From Bacillota bacterium (GTDB lineage: Bacteria; Bacillota; Clostridia; Acetivibrionales; DTU013): 64,000 nt of DNA. Below, piece after piece: positions 49,300 through 57,902 of this stretch (the stretch's first letter is position 1; the number at the start of each line of letters is the position of its first letter). The notes under the pieces are model-generated. The model had not been told where the DNA came from, made no database searches, and worked only from the letters and a program-made list of their open reading frames with translations. The translations under genes and the position numbers were made by a program. The stretch lies in NCBI GenBank assembly GCA_023411575.1, contig JAEYOP010000030.1:244926-308925 (forward strand), in the 5' to 3' direction.

Positions 49300-50634
49300 T
49301 TGGCTGAATTTATGGAACGCGCTAAATTTTCTTGTGCTCTCGGAGGAGCATTGACCACCATCGCGGGGATCCCCCGGGTGGTTCCCATCGTACATGCGGC
49401 GGGAGGCTGCGCCACGGCCCTGTCCAACACCTACAACCTGGCGTCGGGCTACCGGGGCGTGGGGTATTGCGGAGGGACCATGATCCCTACGTCCAATATT
49501 TCCGAAAACAACATCGTATTCGGCGGGGAAAAGAGGCTGGAGGAGCAGATCGAACACTCGCTGCGGATCCTGGACGGCGACCTTTATGTGGTCGTAACGG
49601 GCTGCCAGGTGGAAATCATCGGGGACGACGCCGTCGGCATCGCCCGGAGATTCCGGGACCGGAAAGTGGTGGGGGCAAGCACCCCGGGCTTCCTGGGGAA
49701 TTCCTTCAAGGGGTACGACTCCGTGCTGAACACGCTCATTTCAGAGGTGGTCGAGCCGTCGGCGGCGAAGGAGGGAAAAACCGTCAACCTCCTGGGGACG
49801 GTTCCCGGACACGACGTGTTTTATCTCGGCAACCTGAATGAAATCAAAAGGCTCCTGGAGCGGATCGGCGTCAGGGCCAACACGTTTTTCGGAACGGGAG
49901 AGAATGTCGCCGCCATCCGCGGATACGGGAAAGCCTCCCTGAACATCGTTTTTTCCACCCAGGCCGGAGTCGGGCCTGCCCGGACCTTTGAAGCCGTGCA
50001 CGGCATCCCGTACCTTTTCGCCGATCTGCCCGTGGGCCCCACGGGGACCAGGGAATTCCTGCACAAGGTCGGGAAGGCGCTGGAGGTGGACGAGAAAACG
50101 GTGGAGAAAGTCCTTCGCGAGGAGGAAGATACCTATTATTCCTTCCTGGAGCGGATCGTAGACATCTATTCGGATATTGACTTCCAGCGGTATGCCGTTG
50201 TGGCGGCGGACAGCTATTACGCCTTTCCGCTGACCCGCTTCCTGGCCAATGACCTGGGGTGGATCCCCCACCTGACCTCCATCAACGATATTGAATCGGA
50301 GGAGGAACAGCTGGAATACCGCGCCAAATTTGAAGGGATCGATTCCGAATCAAAGCCCCTGGTCCTTTTCGAGCGAAACGTGGGAGCGCTGGCGAAGAAC
50401 ATCCGGGACAGCTGGCCTTATAACAACAACCAGAAATATTACGACGCCTTCAGCCCCGCCTATGTGATCGGGACGGGCGTGGAGCGGGGAATTGCGGAGA
50501 AGATCGGCGCGGGCTTCCTGGCGGTGGCTTTCCCGGTCAGCAACCGGGTGGTCCTGAGCAAGGGCTACACCGGCTTCCGGGGAGCGCTGACGCTGGTGGA
50601 GGACCTGCTGTCGTCCCTGGTGGCGGCGCGCTAA
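49300..50634 (+). CDS. Nitrogenase component-1-type oxidoreductase, NifK/NifN-like subunit
   Basis: 444 aa. Cys residues sit in NifK-type cluster-ligand contexts: C12 (FSCALGGA), C37 (VHAAGGCAT) and C102 (VVTGCQVEIIGDD). TTG start at 49300, 7 nt after GGAGG (49288-49292). The first ATG is at 49312. Confidence 0.8.
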   Translation: MAEFMERAKFSCALGGALTTIAGIPRVVPIVHAAGGCATALSNTYNLASGYRGVGYCGGTMIPTSNISENNIVFGGEKRLEEQIEHSLRILDGDLYVVVTGCQVEIIGDDAVGIARRFRDRKVVGASTPGFLGNSFKGYDSVLNTLISEVVEPSAAKEGKTVNLLGTVPGHDVFYLGNLNEIKRLLERIGVRANTFFGTGENVAAIRGYGKASLNIVFSTQAGVGPARTFEAVHGIPYLFADLPVGPTGTREFLHKVGKALEVDEKTVEKVLREEEDTYYSFLERIVDIYSDIDFQRYAVVAADSYYAFPLTRFLANDLGWIPHLTSINDIESEEEQLEYRAKFEGIDSESKPLVLFERNVGALAKNIRDSWPYNNNQKYYDAFSPAYVIGTGVERGIAEKIGAGFLAVAFPVSNRVVLSKGYTGFRGALTLVEDLLSSLVAAR

Positions 50635-50673
50635 GGGCATAGCCGCCCCTAAATTGAGAAGGAGGGTACTTTT

Positions 50674-52206
50674 ATGTCCAATTATTCGGATACGTTAACC
50701 TATGATTTTTTGAAGGCGGACGCCCCGCCGACCCGGGAGGAGCGCATCGGCGCCTGCATCGCCTTCTGCGGCTCCTGCGGGCAGCTGAAGGAAGGCATCC
50801 GCTCGGGCTGCGCCCAGCTGCAGAGCCGGAAATTTTCCCAGAGCGGCGGCTGCCAGCTGACCCTGGCCGTCGGCATCGTCAGCAGCCTGACCAATGTGGT
50901 CATAATCATCCATTCCCCCCTGGGCTGCTGCTCCAGCTTCGTCGGCACCGGCGGCCTGCGCAAGACCATGCGCGCGTCGAAAGGCAAAAAGGACGAAGAT
51001 TTTGTGTGGATTCACACAAACCTGGATGAAAACGACGTGGTCCAGGGCGGTGTGGAAAAACTCCGGAAAGCGGTCCTCTATGCGGAAAAGGAATACCACC
51101 CCGAGGCCATCCTCATTGCCAACGGCTGCGTGCCCGGAATTATCGGCGACGACGTGGATTCCCTGGTCACGGAGCTGTCGGGCCGGATTTCGGCCAAAAT
51201 CGTGCCGGTACACTGCGAGGGGTTCAAGAGCAAATTCGTCGCTTCCGGGTACGATTCGGCCTACCACGGCTTCCTCCGGTATTTGCTGGAACCGGTCAAG
51301 CGCTATGAAAGCCCGGTTCCACGGGAGGAGCGGGATGCCCGGGAACGCTGGCAGATCAGCCGGACGGTTAACCTCTTTAATGTGGGCTCCAACAGCAGCG
51401 GGGACGAAGCGGAGCTTTCCAGGCTCGTAAGCGCCCTGGGGCTGATTCCGCGGGTGCTGCCCCTTCACGCGTCCCTGGAGGACCTGGCCCGCATCGGGGA
51501 AGCGGCTCTCAACGTCAGCATCTGCGCGACCCATGACGATTACCTCCTGGGACACCTGAAGCAGCGCTTCGGAACGGACTATCTCATCGACACGCTGCCC
51601 ATCGGCATAAAAAATACAAACCAGTGGATTCGCAGGATCGCGGGGTATTTTCACCTGGAGGACGAGGCGGAACGGCTTATCCGGTTTGAGAACGAGCAGT
51701 TGGGAAAAGCGCTGGAGCCCATCAAAAAGGTGCTGGCGGGCAAGACCATCTATGTCGGCGGCGGAGAGACCCGGATCATCACCACGGCGGAATTTTTCAC
51801 CTCCCTGGGTATGAAGCCCCTGGGCGTCAAGGCCCACAACGTGGACCGGTTCGTGGAGGAGATGCTGGACGATATCGACCATCCGGACCTGGTGGTGGAG
51901 GTAGGCGCGGGCCAGCCGGCGGAGGAACTGAATCACCTCAACCGCCTGAAGCCCGATCTGTACGTCGGCCATATGGGAGCCAACGGCTGGGCGTCCAGGC
52001 TGGGCGTCCCCAATCTTCCCCTCTTCGGGCAGACCCTGAATTACATGGGATATGCGGGCGCCTTCGAGCTGGCCAGAAAGGCGGCCAAGGTGCTCAAAAA
52101 CACCAATTTCGTCCGGAACATCTCCTCCCATGTGCGGCTGCCGTTGAGCGAGGCCTGGTTCGCGGAGAATCCCGCGGACAATATCAAGGAGAACGAAATT
52201 TATTGA
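50674..52206 (+). CDS. Nitrogenase component-1-type oxidoreductase, NifD/NifE-like subunit with extra N-terminal Cys cluster
   Basis: 510 aa. C60 (GGCQLT), C85/C86 (IIHSPLGCC), C152 (IANGCVPGIIGDD), VPVHCEGFK, and C284 (ALNVSICATHDD). The N-terminus carries C28-x3-C32-x2-C35-x10-C46. SD aaggaggg. Confidence 0.8.
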   Translation: MSNYSDTLTYDFLKADAPPTREERIGACIAFCGSCGQLKEGIRSGCAQLQSRKFSQSGGCQLTLAVGIVSSLTNVVIIIHSPLGCCSSFVGTGGLRKTMRASKGKKDEDFVWIHTNLDENDVVQGGVEKLRKAVLYAEKEYHPEAILIANGCVPGIIGDDVDSLVTELSGRISAKIVPVHCEGFKSKFVASGYDSAYHGFLRYLLEPVKRYESPVPREERDARERWQISRTVNLFNVGSNSSGDEAELSRLVSALGLIPRVLPLHASLEDLARIGEAALNVSICATHDDYLLGHLKQRFGTDYLIDTLPIGIKNTNQWIRRIAGYFHLEDEAERLIRFENEQLGKALEPIKKVLAGKTIYVGGGETRIITTAEFFTSLGMKPLGVKAHNVDRFVEEMLDDIDHPDLVVEVGAGQPAEELNHLNRLKPDLYVGHMGANGWASRLGVPNLPLFGQTLNYMGYAGAFELARKAAKVLKNTNFVRNISSHVRLPLSEAWFAENPADNIKENEIY

Positions 52207-52230
52207 AGGAGCAGGAAACGGAGGATCGCC

Positions 52231-53214
52231 ATGTGCGTTGCAGAAAGCAATTTAGCAATCGTAAACAACCTGACGGAATTAATCGGCAATACGCCGATCT
52301 TGAGGCCGGCCGCCTTTAAAAAGCTTGCCGGGATCAACGAAGCGGAGCTGCTGCTGAAGCTGGAATATTACAACCCCCTCGGAAGCGTAAAAGACCGGAT
52401 CGCCTATGCGATGATCACGGATGCAGAGCAAAGGGGGCTCCTGACCCACGACTCCGTCCTCATCGAGCCTTCCAGCGGAAATACGGGGGTGGGGCTCGCT
52501 TTTGTGGCGGCAGCCAGGAAATACAAGCTGATCATTACCATGCCCGATACCATGAGTCAAGAGAGAAGGAGCCTTCTGACGGCCTTGGGGGCCGAGCTGG
52601 TCCTGACCCCGGGCGCCCTGGGGATGAAGGGCGCCATCCGGAAGGCGGAGGAACTGAGCATTCAGATTCCCAACGCCATCATCCTCCAGCAGTTCGACAA
52701 TCCGGCCAACCCGGAGATTCACCGGAAAACCACGGGCCCCGAGATCTGGGAGGCGACCCGCGGCGAGGCGGACATCCTGGTGGCGGGGGTCGGCACGGGA
52801 GGCACCGTCACCGGCGCCGGTGGGTATCTGAAGGAAAAAAAGCCCGGCGTTCAAATCGTGGCAGTGGAGCCGGCCGCCTCAAGCGTGCTGTCCGGCGGGC
52901 CCATAGGGCCGCATAAGATCCAGGGGATCGGAGCCGGATTCATCCCGGGCGTGCTGGACTTGAAGCTGGTGGATGAAATTTACAGGGTGTGGAACGAGGA
53001 GGCCATCGACACCTCCCGCGTGCTCGCCAGGGAAGAGGGGCTGCTGGTGGGCATCTCCTCGGGAGCAGCGGCTTTTGCGGCGGCCAAGGTGGCCAACCGC
53101 CCCGAGAACAAGGGAAAGACCGTCGTAGCCATATTGCCCGACACCGGCGAGCGCTACCTGTCCACCGAGCTGTTTAACAAGGCGGTGGAGGAAAAAAGCC
53201 GGTACTGGTATTAA
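52231..53214 (+). CDS. cysK: Cysteine synthase A (O-acetylserine sulfhydrylase)
   Basis: 327 aa. PLP-lysine block [13 protein letters not shown], substrate loop [11 protein letters not shown], and [22 protein letters not shown] blocks. Confidence 0.9.
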   Translation: MCVAESNLAIVNNLTELIGNTPILRPAAFKKLAGINEAELLLKLEYYNPLGSVKDRIAYAMITDAEQRGLLTHDSVLIEPSSGNTGVGLAFVAAARKYKLIITMPDTMSQERRSLLTALGAELVLTPGALGMKGAIRKAEELSIQIPNAIILQQFDNPANPEIHRKTTGPEIWEATRGEADILVAGVGTGGTVTGAGGYLKEKKPGVQIVAVEPAASSVLSGGPIGPHKIQGIGAGFIPGVLDLKLVDEIYRVWNEEAIDTSRVLAREEGLLVGISSGAAAFAAAKVANRPENKGKTVVAILPDTGERYLSTELFNKAVEEKSRYWY

Positions 53215-53230
53215 AGGAGAGGAGTGCGCC

Positions 53231-53581
53231 ATGAAGTACAGGATCGCAGTCGGCACAAAGGATGATGTGAATGTGACCGAACATTTCGGGCAATGCGGGC
53301 GTTTCCTTCTCATCGATGTGGACCAGGAGAAGGATGAAATCACCGTCGCGGGGGAGAGGTTCACCCCCTGCTCGTCCCGATGCGGCGAGCACCGGGAGCA
53401 GCAGATCCGGGACAAGATCGACGCCCTTGGAGACTGTCGGATCATTCTGGTGAAGCAGCTGGGCGGCTGGTCGGAGAAGCAGCTGAACCACCGGGGGCTC
53501 ATCGGGCTTCAATACCAGGGGGCGGTGGACGAGGCCCTGAAACGGATCCGCCATGCCTACCGGAAGCATAAATTCGGATGA
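53231..53581 (+). CDS. NifX/NafY/NifB-C-terminal-type (dinitrogenase Fe-Mo cofactor-binding family) small protein
   Basis: 116 aa. MKYRIAVGTKDDVNVTEHFGQCGRFLLIDVD.. fits the family pattern (iAv.s.d...v..HFG.a..f.iydv). SD aaaggagaggag. Confidence 0.7.
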   Translation: MKYRIAVGTKDDVNVTEHFGQCGRFLLIDVDQEKDEITVAGERFTPCSSRCGEHREQQIRDKIDALGDCRIILVKQLGGWSEKQLNHRGLIGLQYQGAVDEALKRIRHAYRKHKFG

Positions 53582-53608
53582 AAGAAATCCGCAGGAAAGG
53601 AGAAGCAT

Positions 53609-54607
53609 ATGGAAGAAATAAGCGTTCACGAACGCATAAAGCTCTCGCAGCTTGAAGTGAAATTCGACTACCGCACCGTGATCCCTCTTGCCGCCGCGGG
53701 GCTTACGCTGCTGGCGGACGGGCTGATTCCCAACCATCCGGACGCAAAGTACAGGGACCTGACCAATTTCAGCACGGTTACGACCGCCGTCGCGGCGGTT
53801 GCGGCACTGCTGTTCGCCCTTTCCCGGTTCAGCGGCAGCGTCCGTTCGAAATACGCGGACAAGGCGTGGTTCATCGGAGGTCTGTTTACCTTTTTCAACG
53901 TCCTGAACCTGGTTACGGTAAAATTTCTGCTGCTGCCCCAGCTCTATTTCCCCAGTCTGAACCGCATATTGAACGTCTACATCACGGATTACCAGTTTTT
54001 GCTCACTTGTCTCGGCAGCTCCTTCAGTCTTCTGGTGGAAGGGCTGATCATCGGTTCTGTTGTCGGGATCGTGACCGGCATTGCTGTCGGCTGGAGCAGG
54101 CACTGGAACTACTGGATCTACCCCGTCATCCGCATTCTGGGACCGATTCCCTCCTCTACGTGGATTCCGCTGGCGCTGATCATTTTTCCGACGCCGCGGT
54201 GGGCGGCCGTGTTCCTCATTGCTTTCGGCGTCTGGTTCCAGCTGACCATCCTGACCAGCTCGGGGATCCAGAGCGTGAAACAGTCCTATTTCGAGGTTTC
54301 TTCCACGCTGGGGGCCACCAGTCTTCAAAATCTGTTCCGGATTGCCATCCCGGACGCGCTGCCCTCCGTATTCCTCGGCTTCTTCAACGCCACCTGCACT
54401 TCCTTTGTGGCGCTGATGGCGGCGGAGATGCTGGGCTGCAAATCCGGCATCGGCTGGTACATCAACTGGCAGAAGGAAATGGTCTCGTATCCCAACGTTT
54501 ACGCGGGGCTGGTCCTGATCGCCGGGTTCTGTTACCTGTTCATCACCATTCAATTCAAGGTAAGGGATAAGCTGCTCGGCTGGCAGAAGGGGGTTATCAA
54601 ATGGTAG
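53609..54607 (+). CDS. ABC transporter permease, NitT/TauT (nitrate/sulfonate/taurine) family
   Basis: 332 aa, polytopic. The EAA-type loop FEVSSTLGATSLQNLFRIAIPDALPSVFLGF is typical of SsuC/TauC-like permeases. Confidence 0.8.
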   Translation: MEEISVHERIKLSQLEVKFDYRTVIPLAAAGLTLLADGLIPNHPDAKYRDLTNFSTVTTAVAAVAALLFALSRFSGSVRSKYADKAWFIGGLFTFFNVLNLVTVKFLLLPQLYFPSLNRILNVYITDYQFLLTCLGSSFSLLVEGLIIGSVVGIVTGIAVGWSRHWNYWIYPVIRILGPIPSSTWIPLALIIFPTPRWAAVFLIAFGVWFQLTILTSSGIQSVKQSYFEVSSTLGATSLQNLFRIAIPDALPSVFLGFFNATCTSFVALMAAEMLGCKSGIGWYINWQKEMVSYPNVYAGLVLIAGFCYLFITIQFKVRDKLLGWQKGVIKW

Positions 54608-55428
54608 GAACTCAAACGGCAAGCTTCGGGGCGGAAAGCACAGGGGCCATATCGGCAAGGGCCGTCTGCAAGGAATTCTGGCATCCGGACGGCGAAAAGG
54701 TCACGGCGCTGAGCAATCTGGACATCGACATCGACGCGGGGGAGTTCATCTGCCTGATCGGCCCCTCGGGCTGCGGGAAATCCACGTTCCTGCGGCTCGT
54801 CGGCGGACTGATCCCGCCCACCGGAGGAGAGCTGACCCTGGACGGCAGCCCCATCGGAGGGCCGGGCTACGAACGCGGCCTGGTGTTCCAGGACCCTACC
54901 CTGTTTCCCTGGCTGACCGTATTTGAAAATGTGGCATACGGCTTGAAAATCCGTCACGTGTATAAGGAAAAAAAGAAAGAGGTGGATCAATTCATTCGGC
55001 TGGTGGGGCTGGAGGGCTTCGGAAAAGCCTACCCGCACCAGCTTTCGGGGGGCATGGCCCAGCGTGCGAGCCTGGCGAGGGCGCTGGTGAACAATCCGAA
55101 GGTGCTGCTGCTGGACGAACCCTTCGGCGCCCTGGACGCCTTTACCCGCATGAACATGCAGGACGAAATCCTGAGGCTGTGGAAGGAAAGAGGCACGACG
55201 ATGATCATGGTGACCCATGACGTGGACGAGGCGATTTACCTGAGCGACAGAGTGCTGGTCATGACGCCGCGTCCCGCGAAAATCGAGCAGGTGATCCAGG
55301 TGGAGATCGGACGCGGTGAAAATGGAGGCAGACAGCGGGACAGCGTGGATTTTCTCCGGCTGCGTTCAAAAATCCTGCAGATCCTGGATTTTACCGGGAA
55401 GTCCCAACAACTGGAATATTATCTTTAA
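54601..55428 (+). CDS. ABC transporter ATP-binding protein, NitT/TauT family
   Basis: 275 aa. Walker A GPSGCGKST, signature LSGGMAQRASLARALV, Walker B LLLDEPFGALD. The ATG overlaps the permease 3' end by 7 nt. Confidence 0.85.
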   Translation: MVGTQTASFGAESTGAISARAVCKEFWHPDGEKVTALSNLDIDIDAGEFICLIGPSGCGKSTFLRLVGGLIPPTGGELTLDGSPIGGPGYERGLVFQDPTLFPWLTVFENVAYGLKIRHVYKEKKKEVDQFIRLVGLEGFGKAYPHQLSGGMAQRASLARALVNNPKVLLLDEPFGALDAFTRMNMQDEILRLWKERGTTMIMVTHDVDEAIYLSDRVLVMTPRPAKIEQVIQVEIGRGENGGRQRDSVDFLRLRSKILQILDFTGKSQQLEYYL

Positions 55429-55439
55429 GGGGGTATTTT

Positions 55440-56729
55440 ATGAAAAGTTCATTTAGGATGAATGGAAAGAAATCCGTATTGCTTCGGAAAGGGATCGGCA
55501 TTCTGTGCGCACTGGCGCTTCTGGGCGGAATGCTGGCCGCGTGCGGAGGCGGCTCCGCGGAAAAGACGGCGGACGCCGCGGTCTCTGAGGCATCATCGGC
55601 GGCCGCATCGCCCACGGCAGCCGCGTCCACCGCGGCTACAGCGGCGGAGAATACCGCTGCCGGAGGGGAAAAGACCTCCGGGGACACTTACAAGATCAAA
55701 ATCATGTACAGCGCATCGTTGTGCGGAATTCCGCTGCATATTGCAAAACAGCTGAAGTTCTTCGAGGCCGAGGGGTTGGTGGAGGGAGAAAGCTATGAAT
55801 TCCTCACTTCCAGCACGCCGGGCATCGAGATGCTGTCCACGAAGCAGGCGGACGTTACCTTCGGCCTCGTGGCGGCCATGCTGGCTCCGCTGGACAACGG
55901 CCTGGAAGCCAAAACCGTTATCGGCATCCATACGGGCTGCATCCAGATCCTCGCCAACGCCAATGCGGGCATCCACTCCCTGAAGGACCTGAAGGGCAAA
56001 AAGATCGGCGTTTCCCAGCTGGCCTCCTCCCCCCATATTATATCGCAGCGCGCCCTGGCCAGCGTCGGCATCGGCACGACAGCCGACAACATGCAGGTGG
56101 AGTTCGTCGTATACAACAAGGACGATCTGCCTGTGGCGCTGAAGAAGGGGGCGATAGACGCCGCGGCCCTCGGGGATCCGCAGGCCACGATCCTCATAAA
56201 CGAAGGCTCGGCCGTGCCTCTCTTCAATTCGGCCACGGACGATCTGTTGAAGGACGAGTACTGCTGCTCGCTCTGGTTCCGGAACGAGGTGCTGGAGAAA
56301 TATCCTGAAGAATGCGCCAGGGTCACCCGGGCAGTGCAGAAGGCGTCGGCATGGGTCGGACAGAACCTGGATCTGGCGGCGCAAATCCAATTGGACAACA
56401 AATGGCTCGTCGGCGATCTGGCGATTGACAGGCAGGTGCTGAAAACATACAAATACCTGCCTTCGGTAAGCGGCGTGGACGAAGCCCTGACCCGGAACAT
56501 CCTGGATATGAAGAAGCTCGGCCTGATCAAGAAGGATACGGATGAGGTGCAGCTGGCGAAGAACAGCTTCTTGAAGCTGGAAGGCGTTCCGGACAATATC
56601 GGGGGCACAGTGGAGCCGCCCATCGACCCCAGGACCCAGATCAAGTCGGATACGGCCGCGGAGACCGCCGGCAGTACGGCCGATGGGACCACAGCCACTA
56701 CGGATGCCGGTGTGCAGGGCGCGAAATAA
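55440..56729 (+). CDS. ABC transporter substrate-binding lipoprotein, NMT1/SsuA-like
   Basis: 429 aa. Lipobox LAACGG, an A/S/T-rich linker, an SsuA/NMT1-like body (LKGKKIGVSQLASSPHIISQRALASVG, AIDAAALGDPQATIL) and a T/A-rich C-terminal tail. Confidence 0.7.
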   Translation: MKSSFRMNGKKSVLLRKGIGILCALALLGGMLAACGGGSAEKTADAAVSEASSAAASPTAAASTAATAAENTAAGGEKTSGDTYKIKIMYSASLCGIPLHIAKQLKFFEAEGLVEGESYEFLTSSTPGIEMLSTKQADVTFGLVAAMLAPLDNGLEAKTVIGIHTGCIQILANANAGIHSLKDLKGKKIGVSQLASSPHIISQRALASVGIGTTADNMQVEFVVYNKDDLPVALKKGAIDAAALGDPQATILINEGSAVPLFNSATDDLLKDEYCCSLWFRNEVLEKYPEECARVTRAVQKASAWVGQNLDLAAQIQLDNKWLVGDLAIDRQVLKTYKYLPSVSGVDEALTRNILDMKKLGLIKKDTDEVQLAKNSFLKLEGVPDNIGGTVEPPIDPRTQIKSDTAAETAGSTADGTTATTDAGVQGAK

Positions 56730-56785
56730 GGAAGCGGCGGACGCCTATGCCTCCCAGAACTGTCGGAAAGCGTGCCGCGCCGCGG

Positions 56786-57103
56786 CTATTTCCCGCCGAA
56801 GCGGTCGTCCGTTTCCAGCAGGGGAATTCCTCCGGCAAAATACCGTTCAATAATATGGGCGTCGGCTTCAAACGCCAGCTCCGGCAGGCTGTCCGGCGCA
56901 AACCATCCCAGCCGGGCGATGTCGTCGCCCGGCTGTTCCGCGCCGCCCTCGACGCGGGCGAGCAATACTATACAGTATCTCATCCCATCGTGCCCGAAGC
57001 TGTTCTGGTATTCATAGGACGCGAAAATTTGCCGAATATTCAAGGCGGCCTCCCCCTCTTCCGAGGTTTGTTTTTTTGGCATTCTTCCGGAAAAGCATTG
57101 CAT
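56786..57103 (-). pseudogene. NUDIX-hydrolase-like C-terminal fragment (probable gene remnant)
   Basis: 105 aa. The C-terminal part looks NUDIX-like (LGWFAPDSLPELAFEADAHIIERYF). Where a Nudix box should be, the sequence is degenerate (GRMPKKQTSEEGEAALNIRQIF), and the expected 35-40 N-terminal residues are missing. There is no convincing SD. Only 86 nt separate it from the divergent HD gene. Confidence 0.35.
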
Positions 57104-57189
57104 CCCGGTGGAAAATCCGGTAATCTATAAACAGAAGTTAGCCTATTGGAATTATAGCATATATTATACAAAACAGGGAGTGGAGTAAT

Positions 57190-57789
57190 TTGAATAATGG
57201 CACAAACGACAGGGAAGCGGCGATAAGGCTGCTGAAAGAATACGTGAAATCCGAGAGCCTAATCCGCCACGCATGGACGGTGGAGGCGGTCATGAGGCAT
57301 TTCGCCCGCCTGCTGGGGGTGGGAGAAGAGGACAAGTGGGGAATCGTCGGGCTTTTGCACGATATCGATTATGAGCGGTATCCCGACGAGCACTGCTTCA
57401 AGGCGCGGGAAATCCTGTCCGGCGCCGGCTGGCCCGAGGAAACCATCCGGGCGGTCGAGAGCCATGGCTACAAGCTGGTGAACGATGTCGAACCGATCCA
57501 TGTCATGGAAAAGGTGCTCTATGCCACGGACGAGCTTACGGGGCTGATCGCCGCTACCGCTTTGCTGCGGCCGAGCCGGAGCCTGGCGGACCTGGGTGTC
57601 CAATCCGTCCGGAAGAAATGGAAGCAGAAGGGCTTTGCCGCCGGCGTCAACCGTGAAGTGATCGAAGACGGGGCGAAGCTTTTGAACCTGGACCTGGACT
57701 ACATTATCGGACAAACCATCCTGGGAATGCGGACGGTGGCCGCGGAAATCGGCCTGGACGGGGGCGAATTTCCGGCGATTGGCGAATAA
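57190..57789 (+). CDS. HD-domain metal-dependent phosphohydrolase
   Basis: 199 aa. HD motif (GLLHDIDYERYPDEH) and LIRHAWTVEAVMRHFA. TTG start with SD ggagtggag. Confidence 0.75.
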   Translation: MNNGTNDREAAIRLLKEYVKSESLIRHAWTVEAVMRHFARLLGVGEEDKWGIVGLLHDIDYERYPDEHCFKAREILSGAGWPEETIRAVESHGYKLVNDVEPIHVMEKVLYATDELTGLIAATALLRPSRSLADLGVQSVRKKWKQKGFAAGVNREVIEDGAKLLNLDLDYIIGQTILGMRTVAAEIGLDGGEFPAIGE

Positions 57790-57902
57790 AGTTTATTTTT
57801 TTAACTCTTAAGTTTATTTTATGGCATTTCCTCCTTTCCGATCCGGATTTATAATGAAAAAGGATCAGCTGATACTTGGCAATACAGAATATAGAGGAGG
57901 AA

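Noticed and set aside
49152-49307. 51-codon ORF in the nitrogenase-like operon leader (MSLAFLYLPPQEPGCGLRG...), considered as a possible leader peptide
   Set aside because: It has no SD. Its ATG lies inside the 3' arm of the terminator hairpin. It is basic and low-complexity, and it runs out of frame into the first CDS.
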